Shown piece after piece: positions 37,880 to 47,277 of a stretch of 64,000 nt of DNA. The notes below the pieces were generated by a model, which searched no databases, was not told the origin of the DNA, and worked only from the letters and a program-made list of their open reading frames with translations. The stretch spans positions 64,001 to 128,000 of the forward strand of contig OZ244744.1 in assembly GCA_965219455.1 (NCBI GenBank). Direction: 5' to 3'. Both the position numbers and the translations under genes were made by a program. Source of the stretch: Candidatus Latescibacterota bacterium (GTDB lineage: Bacteria; Latescibacterota; UBA2968; GCA-2709665). Positions within the stretch are counted from its first letter, which is position 1, and every line of letters begins with the position of its first letter.

Positions 37880-39181
37880 TCAATCGGTCGTGTAACCGAT
37901 GCAATACAGATGCGTCGCCGTCCGAATGAAAAGCTGCGATCCGGAAGACACGGGCGATGACAACGTGTACGTGCCGTCCAGTTCATTGGTAGCCAGAACC
38001 TCGAATTTCGGCCCGGCGGCCAGGACGGTCGTCACAGCATATTCATTCAACAGAAACAGCTTGCCATCAGCCAGATGAGGTGACGCGCTAACAACGCCCT
38101 GTGCCGTTCTCTCGGCCCCCCACACAACGGCACCGGTCTTTGCGTCGAGACAGGTTGCAAGACCGCGATCGTCGACCATGTAAAAGTACTTCCCGTCACA
38201 GGCTGGCGTGGGCACATCCGGCGAGCCGGCACCCTCCCACTTCCACACCACGTTGTCGGAAATATCGCCCGTGCCGCCGGCAGCCAGCGCCAGCAAGGGC
38301 CGTCGGCGGGTCGGCGCATAAATCATCTCGCCGACCACCACGGGAGACGCCACGATCCGATAATTACCCCTCCGTTCCGGATTCAATCCCTCAGCCCGCC
38401 AGATTTCGCGCCCCGTTTCCGGATCGTGCCCGGTCACACAATCCCCGCCCGTAATCACAATCTGAGTTTTGCCGCCTTGCTTCAGCAGCGCGGGGGTCGT
38501 GTACGAATCGGGAGACTCCCACACGGCATCCGTCGCGCGCGCCTCGCGCCAGACTTCCTTTCCGTTCGCGTCGTCCAACGCGACGATATACGAGGGTTCA
38601 TCCGTGCGCATTCCGTGAAACACCTGCAGGATGAGCTTGTTATCGTACAGAATCGGTGACGACGCGTACCCGAAATTCAGACCGAAGTCGCCGTAGTCCT
38701 TTTGAAGACTGTGCGTCCACACCGCCTTCCCATCCATGTCCAGGCACGTGACAACCCCATTGCCCGTAACCACCCACACGTGCGCGCCGTCCGTTACGGG
38801 CGAAGGCGACGAGTTGTTGTGTTTGCGCCAAAGAACGTTGCCCTCATCCAATTTGTAACGCCAGCGTTCAACGCCGTCTTGTTTTGACAGACACAGGACA
38901 AATATCTCCGGCCCACCCGGTTCCCGTTCCTCCGGCCTTTGCGCAGGCGACGGCGAAGTCAGAAAAATGCGATCTTTCCAGATAACGGGCGTGCTACCGC
39001 TCCACGAGGGTAATTCGGTCTTCCAGATGATATTTTCCTCAAGGCTCCACGACGCGGGGAGATTCGTGGCCGAGCTAACCCCGTTTTGCTGCGGCCCGCG
39101 CCACTGCGGCCAGTTATCGGCGTGAATGCCGAGCGGGAAAAGTGCCAAAATACAAACCACGCGTGTAATTTGACCAACCAT
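37880..39181 (-). CDS. PQQ-binding-like beta-propeller repeat protein
   Basis: Signal peptide, NWPQWRGP, WKTELP, SPSPVTDG, YASSP, SYTTP, TG.EIW, SSP. Confidence 0.92.
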   Translation of the reverse strand: MVGQITRVVCILALFPLGIHADNWPQWRGPQQNGVSSATNLPASWSLEENIIWKTELPSWSGSTPVIWKDRIFLTSPSPAQRPEEREPGGPEIFVLCLSKQDGVERWRYKLDEGNVLWRKHNNSSPSPVTDGAHVWVVTGNGVVTCLDMDGKAVWTHSLQKDYGDFGLNFGYASSPILYDNKLILQVFHGMRTDEPSYIVALDDANGKEVWREARATDAVWESPDSYTTPALLKQGGKTQIVITGGDCVTGHDPETGREIWRAEGLNPERRGNYRIVASPVVVGEMIYAPTRRRPLLALAAGGTGDISDNVVWKWEGAGSPDVPTPACDGKYFYMVDDRGLATCLDAKTGAVVWGAERTAQGVVSASPHLADGKLFLLNEYAVTTVLAAGPKFEVLATNELDGTYTLSSPVSSGSQLFIRTATHLYCIGYTTD

Positions 39182-39425
39182 GGAATTTTCTCCTCAAGAG
39201 TGAGACATTCACTTTGTTTTTCATCAAATTTGACAGATATTACCTTCTGATGGTTCCCGCGTTCCCACAGGCGCCGCGATGGGATGGTTGCCAGGCGTTT
39301 TCAACCCGGCCTATCCTGTAGGGCAAGTGCAAATTTCAAATGAAACGGCATTGGCGTTCAATCAGCAGCGAAAGGTTCGACCGTCTCGCAGCATCCCGTG
39401 CAATCCCAAACTGAAAGGACAATAC

Positions 39426-40004
39426 ATGCAACTATTCGACGGTAATACCCTCGACGGCTGGGCAGCCACCGGCAATCCCGGCGGTTGGACCGTAGATCAG
39501 GGCTGTATCTTCTGCACCGCTGAAAACGGAAAATACCTGTATTATACGAACGACCAATTCAGGAATTTCGAACTATCGCTCGAGTTCAAACACCCGCCCG
39601 GAGCCAACAGCGGCGTATTCTTCCGCTGGACCGATCTGGATAACCCGGTGCAGACCGGTGTTGAAATCCAAATCCTGGATACGCATGGTCGCGAACCCGC
39701 AACCACCAAATGCTGCGGCGCGGTCTATGATGTACAGGCCCCCACGCACAACGCCTGCAATCCCGCGGGCGAATGGAATCACATGATCCTCTACGCCGTG
39801 GACAACATCATCCGGGTTATCTTAAACGGAGAGCAAATCACCGACATGGACCTCAGCCGCTGGACCGCCCCGGGCCGCAACCCGGACGGTACCCCCAACA
39901 AATTCGACCGGGCATACCGCGAAATGACCGAATCCGGCTACATCGGGCTTCAGGACCACAATAGCCGGATCTGGTTCCGCAACATGGAAATCGAAAAACG
40001 CTGA
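39426..40004 (+). CDS. DUF1080 / 3-keto-disaccharide hydrolase family protein
   Basis: LFDGNTLDGW, NFEL..EFK, ANSGVFF, EIQILD, GAVYD, GEWN, GYIGLQDH..IWFRN. Confidence 0.93.
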   Translation: MQLFDGNTLDGWAATGNPGGWTVDQGCIFCTAENGKYLYYTNDQFRNFELSLEFKHPPGANSGVFFRWTDLDNPVQTGVEIQILDTHGREPATTKCCGAVYDVQAPTHNACNPAGEWNHMILYAVDNIIRVILNGEQITDMDLSRWTAPGRNPDGTPNKFDRAYREMTESGYIGLQDHNSRIWFRNMEIEKR

Positions 40005-40018
40005 CCCACCCGAAAAAG

Positions 40019-40048
40019 AAGCCAACCCGCTCGGCAGCAGGTCGGCTT
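40019..40048. terminator. Terminator-like hairpin between convergent genes
   Basis: AAGCCAACC...GGTCGGCTT flanked by A-rich and T-rich runs. Confidence 0.45.
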
Positions 40049-40084
40049 GTTTAAAGATCGAATACCGCCCGCAGCCTCGAACCC

Positions 40085-41347
40085 CTACAACCCGTAGTGC
40101 GCGTCGATTGCCCTCTGGTATCCGTCCACCTCGCCGCGCAGCATCTCCTCCAGAGACACCTCCCGTCCCAGCAGTCCCGATTCCAGGATCGCGTAGCTCA
40201 ACGCCAGGTCTATCGTCCCCTCCTCCCCGGACATGCGTACAGGCGAACCGTCATGGATAGCGCGCAGCCAGTCCAGGTTCTCCAGTGCGAATGCATCCGT
40301 GATCCCGGCGGGCATCGCTTCCGCCAGTTCCTTGTCCGGGGCCTCCCGTCGGAAACGCTCCAGGACGTCTTCCCCGGACCGATCCTCCGTGAAGATCTTT
40401 CCGTCGGACAACGCCCCCCGGCTGCCGAATACGTTGGTGCCTCCCGGCACCCCGATCTGCGTGCCTCTGGCGCTGCGTGCCACGGCCATATGCCCGATGG
40501 CTCCGTTTTCAAGCCTGAAATTCGAAAAGAACACGTCGTCGACCTGGTTCTCGACCTCATCCGCGACCCTGAGGTCGTCGTCCGACATCAACACCCTTAC
40601 CGGCTCGAGAATCCGCCACACGGCCTGCACCGAATGCACCGGTCCGCAAATCGTCCGCACGCCGTTGAACAGATGCACCCCCAGATCAATGGATACCCCG
40701 CCGCCGGCACCCAGCCTCGACTGCCTCCAGGGCGTACGCGCGGCAACCACATCGGGCCGGTGAGACCGGAACCCGATCGCACCGCGGTAGACCATCTGCA
40801 CGTTGCCGATCAGTCCCTGCCTGACGGCCCATCGGTTCGCGCGGACCGCCGGATTGAAGTTCACATTCTCCGCAACGCTCAACACCGTATCGGTATCGGA
40901 TGCCACTTCACACATCCGCCGTGCGGCCCGGACCGAAATCGCCAACGGCTTCTCGACCGTCACATGCCTGCCGGCCTGCATCGCATCGATGGCGATGGTG
41001 TGATGGGTATCGTGCCCCGTCAGGACGCACACCGCGTCGACCGGTCCGTGTTCAAGCATATCGCGATAGTCCGTGTAAATCGCCGCTTCCTGACCGGGAT
41101 GCAGATCGCTTATATAGGCGTGCGGCGCATTCAACGGGTCACCCGGCGCCTCCACCGGCGCCGGTCTGGGTCCCGGCCCTTCGCCCCGCGTTCGGAACCG
41201 GAGGGCATCCTCGGTCCTCCTCGCGCAGAGTGCTGTAACCCGGAAGAGATCCCCGTAACCGTTATCCTGCAGGATCCTGAACCCACGTAAATGCGCGTTC
41301 AGGATTCGCCCGCATCCGATCACGCCAATTCGAACTGCAGAAGACAT
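40085..41347 (-). CDS. Gfo/Idh/MocA family oxidoreductase
   Basis: IGVIGCGRI, HVTVEKPLA, VAEN, GGG..IDLGVH, YQ..ID.HYGL. Confidence 0.9.
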   Translation of the reverse strand: MSSAVRIGVIGCGRILNAHLRGFRILQDNGYGDLFRVTALCARRTEDALRFRTRGEGPGPRPAPVEAPGDPLNAPHAYISDLHPGQEAAIYTDYRDMLEHGPVDAVCVLTGHDTHHTIAIDAMQAGRHVTVEKPLAISVRAARRMCEVASDTDTVLSVAENVNFNPAVRANRWAVRQGLIGNVQMVYRGAIGFRSHRPDVVAARTPWRQSRLGAGGGVSIDLGVHLFNGVRTICGPVHSVQAVWRILEPVRVLMSDDDLRVADEVENQVDDVFFSNFRLENGAIGHMAVARSARGTQIGVPGGTNVFGSRGALSDGKIFTEDRSGEDVLERFRREAPDKELAEAMPAGITDAFALENLDWLRAIHDGSPVRMSGEEGTIDLALSYAILESGLLGREVSLEEMLRGEVDGYQRAIDAHYGL

Positions 41348-41403
41348 ACGCGATGTCCCTTGTTCCCGTAAAATGACGAACCCTGTGTTCCTGGCACGGA
41401 ACA

Positions 41404-42387
41404 CTAGATCCAGCCCGGCGTACCAATAGTATCCGCGATCGGGATCGCCCGTTCGAGTTCCGCATCGGTCAACGGCGGCAATTCTACGGTACGTGCGTTC
41501 TCCTCCACCTGGCGGCGGTTTTTGGCCCCGGCGATGACGCACGACACCCCCGGGTGATCCAGCACAAAACGCAGCGCTGCCTGCGCCATGGTTCGCTTCC
41601 GGTCTTGCAGGAACAGCAGCTGCGGCAGCCGCTTGAGCCCATCGACCGTCTCCGGTTTGTTGAAGCGTTCGTATCGCACGTCGTTTTCGGGGATGACGTC
41701 AGCCCCGGCGCCGAAATACCTGCCCGTCAGTTGCCCCTTTGCCAGTGGCACGCGAATCAACGTGCCGATATCCTCGGCCTTCGCCCAGTGCAGCAACCCT
41801 TCCGCCGTGCGTTCCAGCAGATTATAGCCGACCTGCAACATATGTACAGGACCCAGTGACCGAAGCCTATCGACCGCTGGCCGGCTATTGGTCGAAATCC
41901 CGTACCAACGCACCTTGCCCGCCTGTCGGAGCCTCGCGAGCGCATCCATTACCGCCGGCATCGCCCAATCGTAGGGAATGGCGTGCAACTGGTAAATGTC
42001 GATATGCTCCATTCCCAACCGTTCCAGGCTTCGCTCGCACGCCTCGGTAATCCTGTTCCGCACGGCCGACTCATCCCGCGTGCCGGAGTCAACCCCCGCG
42101 TTCGGCTGGACCTTGGATGCCACGACCCACCTGTCTCTCCGGCCTCGCAGGGCCTTTCCCACCAGGATTTCGCTGTGCCCCTCGCCATAACTCTCGGCGG
42201 AATCAATCAGATTGATCCCGAGTTCCTCGCACCGGTGAATCAGCGCAATCGACTCGGAATCCTCTGTTCCGGTCCATCCGAACCGTTTACCATCCGCCTG
42301 CCTCTGCATCCCGGATATCGGAAATGCGCCCAACCCGATTTCCGAAACCTCCAATCCGGTTTGTCCAAGCGTGCGGTATTTCATCAC
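41404..42387 (-). CDS. Aldo/keto reductase
   Basis: YRTLGQTGLEVSEIGLG, DSAESYG.GHSE, SLERL..IDIYQLH, GKVR..G.S, YNLL, PLA.G.LTG, AQAALRF. Confidence 0.95.
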   Translation of the reverse strand: MMKYRTLGQTGLEVSEIGLGAFPISGMQRQADGKRFGWTGTEDSESIALIHRCEELGINLIDSAESYGEGHSEILVGKALRGRRDRWVVASKVQPNAGVDSGTRDESAVRNRITEACERSLERLGMEHIDIYQLHAIPYDWAMPAVMDALARLRQAGKVRWYGISTNSRPAVDRLRSLGPVHMLQVGYNLLERTAEGLLHWAKAEDIGTLIRVPLAKGQLTGRYFGAGADVIPENDVRYERFNKPETVDGLKRLPQLLFLQDRKRTMAQAALRFVLDHPGVSCVIAGAKNRRQVEENARTVELPPLTDAELERAIPIADTIGTPGWI

Positions 42388-43943
42388 GTGTCCTCCAACA
42401 GCATCGCCCTTGTCTCGCCGCCGGGCGGCAGAACAACATCATGCCACGCCGCTCCCGGCTGCCTCCAGGAAAAGCTCACGTACGCGTCACCACCGTTGTT
42501 AATCCGGACGCTCCCCGCCGCCGGGCCGGGTGGGACGACCAGCGAAACCACCTGCTCCGGTAGACCGGGCTCACCGACCGACCGGCGAAATTCCACCGCG
42601 GGCATCACCGCGCCCAGGCGCTCTCGGGCGCCCAGTACCAAAGGTCCGTAGCATCCGGTCACTGCTCCGGAACCCCAGTTTCTTCCGTGGCCGGCCGCGA
42701 CGGAGCAGACTGCCCCGCCCATGTCCGCATGCTCCCGTCCGCCCCTCAACACGCGTCGCGCCACCCTTAACTTCCTCGATGCCTGCCTCAGCGCCCGCGA
42801 TGCAAAAGAAACATCCCCGGTGATCTGATAGGCCAACGTCAACGTGGCCGTGCAGGGCTCGCGCCCAGGCGCGATCCGGTCGATGCCGTCTACCTGCACA
42901 CCCCAGTGCACCATATCCGCCCGTTTTCCGACGCCTGGAAAGACCATTCTCGGAATCTCGGGCACCATCAGCACGAGTTCACCGGCTTCCCCGTCCGGTA
43001 TCCGCGCAACCATCTCGCGGATGCGGCCATCCAATGTATCGTCGCCGAATGCGCCACGGTAATATGAGACGGCAGCCGCGCCGGGATCGCAATACGGGTC
43101 GTGAAGCATGACGACAAGCCCCTCCACGATCCGAAACGCCGCGTCGCGGAAGACCTGCTCGCCTGAAAGCAGGAACAGGTCACCCAGCGCCTGAACCGCT
43201 CCGGAGGCGAGAAGGACCTCCACACCCGCCGCCGGATCGCCCTGTAAACGGTGGCTGGCGGCGCTCATCCGACGCTGCGATTCCGTGTATCCGCATTCAC
43301 GGAGCGGATGCCCGTCCGGCCCCCACATCACCGGCAAATCCCCCTTCGGAGCCGCAACGATCATCTCCGCGCGACGCCGGCCGTATCGCAACGCCCAATC
43401 CAGGTACCGATCCTGTTTCAGTACCCGGTAGGCCGCCAGGGCGATATGGATAAACCGGAAATGCTCCGCCAGTTCCACCGCGTGCTCCGGATCCCGCCCC
43501 ACGGCCCGCGTTCCGATGTGGTACCCGTAGAACCGATTCCGAACCCAGTCGAACCACGCCGGAATCCCCTCCACCCAGTTCCCGATATGTTCCGCCGCGT
43601 CGGCGAGCAGTGCCGCTGCCACGCGATCCTCAGGAAACAGACCCAGGTAGCGCGGGAGAAAAAGCAGAAACGGTTCGGTGCCGTGATGCGCTTCAGCTTC
43701 CGGCTCGTAACCGTGCAGACATTCCCGTTGGACCCAACCCGCAAGCTGATCCCGGAGATGCTCGAAATGTTCCACCACTGCCGGGCTGCCCGTTGCCAGA
43801 AAGTGCGGAAACCAGGCCAGGGCGTAGTTCGCTTCATCCTCTCCCCCGCCGTGCCGGCCCGGCGGATCCATGCTCCGGCTCTGCTTCAACCAGGCTTCCA
43901 TCTCCTTCCGAAGGGCGACGTAATGTCGGAAACAGGTCTGCAT
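42384..43943 (-). CDS. Hypothetical protein (helical, possibly alpha/alpha toroid)
   Basis: 519-codon ORF with host-like codon usage; stop overlaps the AKR start. Confidence 0.75.
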   Translation of the reverse strand: MQTCFRHYVALRKEMEAWLKQSRSMDPPGRHGGGEDEANYALAWFPHFLATGSPAVVEHFEHLRDQLAGWVQRECLHGYEPEAEAHHGTEPFLLFLPRYLGLFPEDRVAAALLADAAEHIGNWVEGIPAWFDWVRNRFYGYHIGTRAVGRDPEHAVELAEHFRFIHIALAAYRVLKQDRYLDWALRYGRRRAEMIVAAPKGDLPVMWGPDGHPLRECGYTESQRRMSAASHRLQGDPAAGVEVLLASGAVQALGDLFLLSGEQVFRDAAFRIVEGLVVMLHDPYCDPGAAAVSYYRGAFGDDTLDGRIREMVARIPDGEAGELVLMVPEIPRMVFPGVGKRADMVHWGVQVDGIDRIAPGREPCTATLTLAYQITGDVSFASRALRQASRKLRVARRVLRGGREHADMGGAVCSVAAGHGRNWGSGAVTGCYGPLVLGARERLGAVMPAVEFRRSVGEPGLPEQVVSLVVPPGPAAGSVRINNGGDAYVSFSWRQPGAAWHDVVLPPGGETRAMLLEDT

Positions 43944-43950
43944 ATAGGGT

Positions 43951-44100
43951 CTACAATAGTGTCTGCAGGAGCAGTGTCGCCAGCCCCAGGTAAATCAGGA
44001 TGCCAGCCACGTCGGCCGCACGCTGCCTGTTCAACACGCGGGCAAGCGCTTTCCTGTCCTCCAGGGCGGGGAGTTCATGGGTCAACTCCATCAATGCCAT
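43951..44100 (-). pseudogene. mgtE: Internally deleted magnesium transporter MgtE (N-terminus fused to last TM helix)
   Basis: MALMELTHELPALEDRKALARVLNRQRAADVA resembles the MgtE N-terminal ...L..L...xADIA; DVAGILIYLGLATLLL resembles the MgtE C-terminal TT..D..G..IY.G.A. Confidence 0.6.
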
Positions 44101-44169
44101 CGATACGCGCGCCGGTCTTCCCGCTCGATGGTTCGGATGTTCCGTAGCCGTTCGCCACAACGTCCTCTG

Positions 44170-45537
44170 TCAGGAGATGCGTTTGAGCCCCGCATCGAAC
44201 GCCGACACAATTCGATCCGCTTCTTTCCGGGTCAGTATCAGGGGCGGCGCCAGAAAGAAAATGCTTTCCGGCCCGGCCATCACGTGGCTCATGCGCCCCA
44301 CGATCACGCCGTGTTCCAAAATGCCCGCCTGCACGGCAGCAACCCGCGCGGCATCCACCATGGCGCCATTCTCCGCGGTAAGTTCCACGGCGATCATCAG
44401 CCCCTTGCCTCGCACGTCGCCGACGAACGGAGAATCCAGCCCTCTTAATTCGTCCAGAAGGTACGCGCCCACCTCCGCCGAATTCTCCCACAATCGTTCG
44501 GCCATCATAATGTCCAGGTTCGCCAGGGCCGCGGCGCAACAAACCGGGTGCCCGCCATAGGTGGCCACCGAGGAGAATTCACGCGCTTCGTCGGGCTCGC
44601 CCATAAACGTTTCGAACACCTCCGACGTCACCGCGCAGGCCCCGAGGGGCAAATAACCACTGGACACCCCTTTGGCCAGGGTCATCACGTCCGGAACCAC
44701 ACCCCAGTGCTCCGACGCGAACAGTTTGCCGGTACGGCCGAACCCCGTAATCACTTCGTCAAGAATCAAGAGCACGCCATACCGGTCACAGATCTCGCGC
44801 AGGCGGGGAAGGTACTCGTCCGGCGGGATGATCACGCCGCCGCCGCCGATTATCGGTTCGGCGATGACCGCAACTACCGTTGTCGGATCCTCCCGGACAA
44901 TGACCTCTTCGATCTCGTCCACGCACGCCACGCCACAGTCGGGATAGGTCAGTTTCAACGGGCAGCGATAACAGTAGGGAGGGTCCACGTGGAAGAACCC
45001 CGGCATCAGGGGCTCGAACTTGGCCCGCCTCGCAACCTGTCCCGTCGCGGACATGGCGCCATAGGTAAACCCGTGATAACCCTGGTATCGCGCGATCACC
45101 TTGTACCGGTTCTGGCCCGGAAATTTCTGCCGGCCGTACTGCCGCGCAATCTTCAACGCCGTCTCGTTCGCCTCCGAACCGCTGTTGGAGAAAAAAAGAT
45201 GGTTGAGATCCCCGGGCAGCAATTCAGCCAGCCTGGTTGCAAGCTTTGCGGCAGGCAGATTCACCTGGAGATGGGGATAGTACGAAAGCCGCAACATCTG
45301 TTCGTACACGGCCGTCGCAATCTCCTGGCGGCCGTATCCCACGTTGACGTTCCAGAGTCCCGCGTAAGCATCCAGGTACTCCCGACCCTCGGCATCCACC
45401 ACTCTTGTTCCCTTCCCTCTGTGGACCACCATCAGATCCCGGTGCTCCAGAGACCGGTGCTGTACCATCGGATGCCAGACGTGCGCGCGGTCCTGCGCCC
45501 GAATTTCCTCAACATCCGGTTGATGTGTGTCCGCCAT
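44170..45537 (-). CDS. Class III PLP-dependent aminotransferase
   Basis: D..HVWHP, YLDAYAGLWNVNVGYG, SGSEANETA.K, YHG.T.GA, AEPI.GGGG, DEVITGFGRTG, AKG.SSGY.P, TYGGHP. Confidence 0.95.
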   Translation of the reverse strand: MADTHQPDVEEIRAQDRAHVWHPMVQHRSLEHRDLMVVHRGKGTRVVDAEGREYLDAYAGLWNVNVGYGRQEIATAVYEQMLRLSYYPHLQVNLPAAKLATRLAELLPGDLNHLFFSNSGSEANETALKIARQYGRQKFPGQNRYKVIARYQGYHGFTYGAMSATGQVARRAKFEPLMPGFFHVDPPYCYRCPLKLTYPDCGVACVDEIEEVIVREDPTTVVAVIAEPIIGGGGVIIPPDEYLPRLREICDRYGVLLILDEVITGFGRTGKLFASEHWGVVPDVMTLAKGVSSGYLPLGACAVTSEVFETFMGEPDEAREFSSVATYGGHPVCCAAALANLDIMMAERLWENSAEVGAYLLDELRGLDSPFVGDVRGKGLMIAVELTAENGAMVDAARVAAVQAGILEHGVIVGRMSHVMAGPESIFFLAPPLILTRKEADRIVSAFDAGLKRIS

Positions 45538-45570
45538 CGGCTTCCCCCGTTCTGATCGACGATATTTGGC

Positions 45571-45651
45571 TTGACTCCCCCGGGCCTCATATCTACTTTG
45601 CAACCTCGATTTCAGAGGCACCATCATACGCTATTCAACGACTGAAGTCAA
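45571..45651. promoter_or_regulatory. Pair of face-to-face sigma70 promoters
   Basis: Plus strand TTGACT(45571)-17-TACTTT(45594); minus strand TTGACT(45651)-17-TATGAT(45628). Confidence 0.65.
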
Positions 45652-45811
45652 GGTCAACCCCGGAGGTTCACGTCCGGCCCTCGCACGCAGCGGGCCGACC
45701 GTTTCCCGTGTGGAATACGTACCGCCGGGGGTCGATTGTTCCCCCTTTAAGGGTGTGCGGCAACCGACATCCCGCCGCGCCAGGTGAGCCAACGGCGGTT
45801 CCGGAAATTTT

Positions 45812-47116
45812 ATGGTCACACCCGAACACCATACCGTCATCATCGTGGGTGGGGGCCCGGCGGGTCTGCCATTGGCCGTCGTGCTTGGCGGATGGCATCC
45901 GTATTATTGCGGCGGCGGCCTTTTCCGCGACCGATACGAGCAGGTCGACCGCTACCTTCGGAGCGTGAACGGCACGCTGCTCGGCCTCGATTTCAGAGCC
46001 GTCGTGAATGCCGGTATCCGTCCGGTGGACCTGTTTCGGCTTCTGCACCATCCGGGACAGAAGTTCCGCGGCCAGGATGAAATCGCCCTGAAATTCCGCA
46101 GACGTGAACCCGTCGACGTGTTGCTGATCACCCAGGAAGAGGTCGGCGGCGTGTGGAACAATGTACCGAAAAACATGTTCACGCTTTCTCCCGGACAGTG
46201 GATGGAATTCGCCTTCCATCCGCTCGACCGGCATTGCCGCGAACAACGGATAGATCTCGACGTCAACGCCCTGATCGCCAAACGTCATCTCATCGACTAT
46301 TACCACGCCGTCCCGGGCCGCTTCGAGGTCGCCGACCACATACGCACACACGAAAGAGTTACGCGCATCCAGCCTCACGACAGGGGTTTTCTGCTCACAT
46401 ATAGTGAAGTCGGCACGGGAATCTCTCGTCGTTACACCTGCAAGTACCTCGTATACGCGGTGGGCCAGCGTTGCATTCTGCGAAAACTCAACGTACCGGG
46501 CGAACACCTCCCGTTCGTAACTTCAGGCTACGATCAACCCGAAAGCTATCCCGGCAAACGCATCCTTGTCGTGGGGGGAGGCCGGTCCGCCGATTGGGCG
46601 GCGACCGAGCTGCACGACGCCGGCAAACAGATCCACTACGTCATGCGCCAGCCCTTCGATCATCACTGGCGCCTCATTTCCGACAGCCGCTTCGGCCTAC
46701 CCTACTACGCGCGCATCGCCGATATCATGGAAGGCCGATCCGACCGCCTGAATGCCCGCTATGAAACCCGGATCCTCGGTTTCGAGAAGGGCGTGTCCGG
46801 CGGTATTGCCACCCTTTGCCGCAATGGCAACCGCGAAACACTGGAAATCGACCACGCCATCCTTGAAATCGGCGGCATTGCGGATTACTCTCTCTTCGAG
46901 GGTTTTCCACCGCTCCCTGCAGTGGACAAATATGACAATTATCGCTTCCAGGTTCATCAATTGCCCATATATCCCCACAACTATGAATCCACAGCCGTAA
47001 CAAACCTGTATCCCGGCGGTTACCTGGCCGAAGGCATCGGCCTCGTGGTGATCGGTATGCACGGCACAACCTACGCCATCGCCGGTGACATTCTTCAGAA
47101 AGAAGGGCGGCTGTAG
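45812..47116 (+). CDS. FAD/NAD(P)-dependent oxidoreductase, OSGIN1/OKL38-like
   Basis: IIVGGGPAG (FAD), ILVVGGGRSA (NADPH); GGVWNN...MFTLSPGQWM and L.VPGE.LPF resemble animal OSGIN. Confidence 0.85.
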   Translation: MVTPEHHTVIIVGGGPAGLPLAVVLGGWHPYYCGGGLFRDRYEQVDRYLRSVNGTLLGLDFRAVVNAGIRPVDLFRLLHHPGQKFRGQDEIALKFRRREPVDVLLITQEEVGGVWNNVPKNMFTLSPGQWMEFAFHPLDRHCREQRIDLDVNALIAKRHLIDYYHAVPGRFEVADHIRTHERVTRIQPHDRGFLLTYSEVGTGISRRYTCKYLVYAVGQRCILRKLNVPGEHLPFVTSGYDQPESYPGKRILVVGGGRSADWAATELHDAGKQIHYVMRQPFDHHWRLISDSRFGLPYYARIADIMEGRSDRLNARYETRILGFEKGVSGGIATLCRNGNRETLEIDHAILEIGGIADYSLFEGFPPLPAVDKYDNYRFQVHQLPIYPHNYESTAVTNLYPGGYLAEGIGLVVIGMHGTTYAIAGDILQKEGRL

Positions 47117-47277
47117 ACCACGGCCCGGGCCAACTCGGGCGTGAGCGGAATCCGGACTGCTCCCTACCCGGGCCACCCCTGAAAATATCCGTGGACATTT
47201 CACCGCACAGGCCTTATTAAAGAAGGCCAGGGACCGATTTAACGGTTGTAACAATAGTCATTGCCGGGGAGGCGTCC

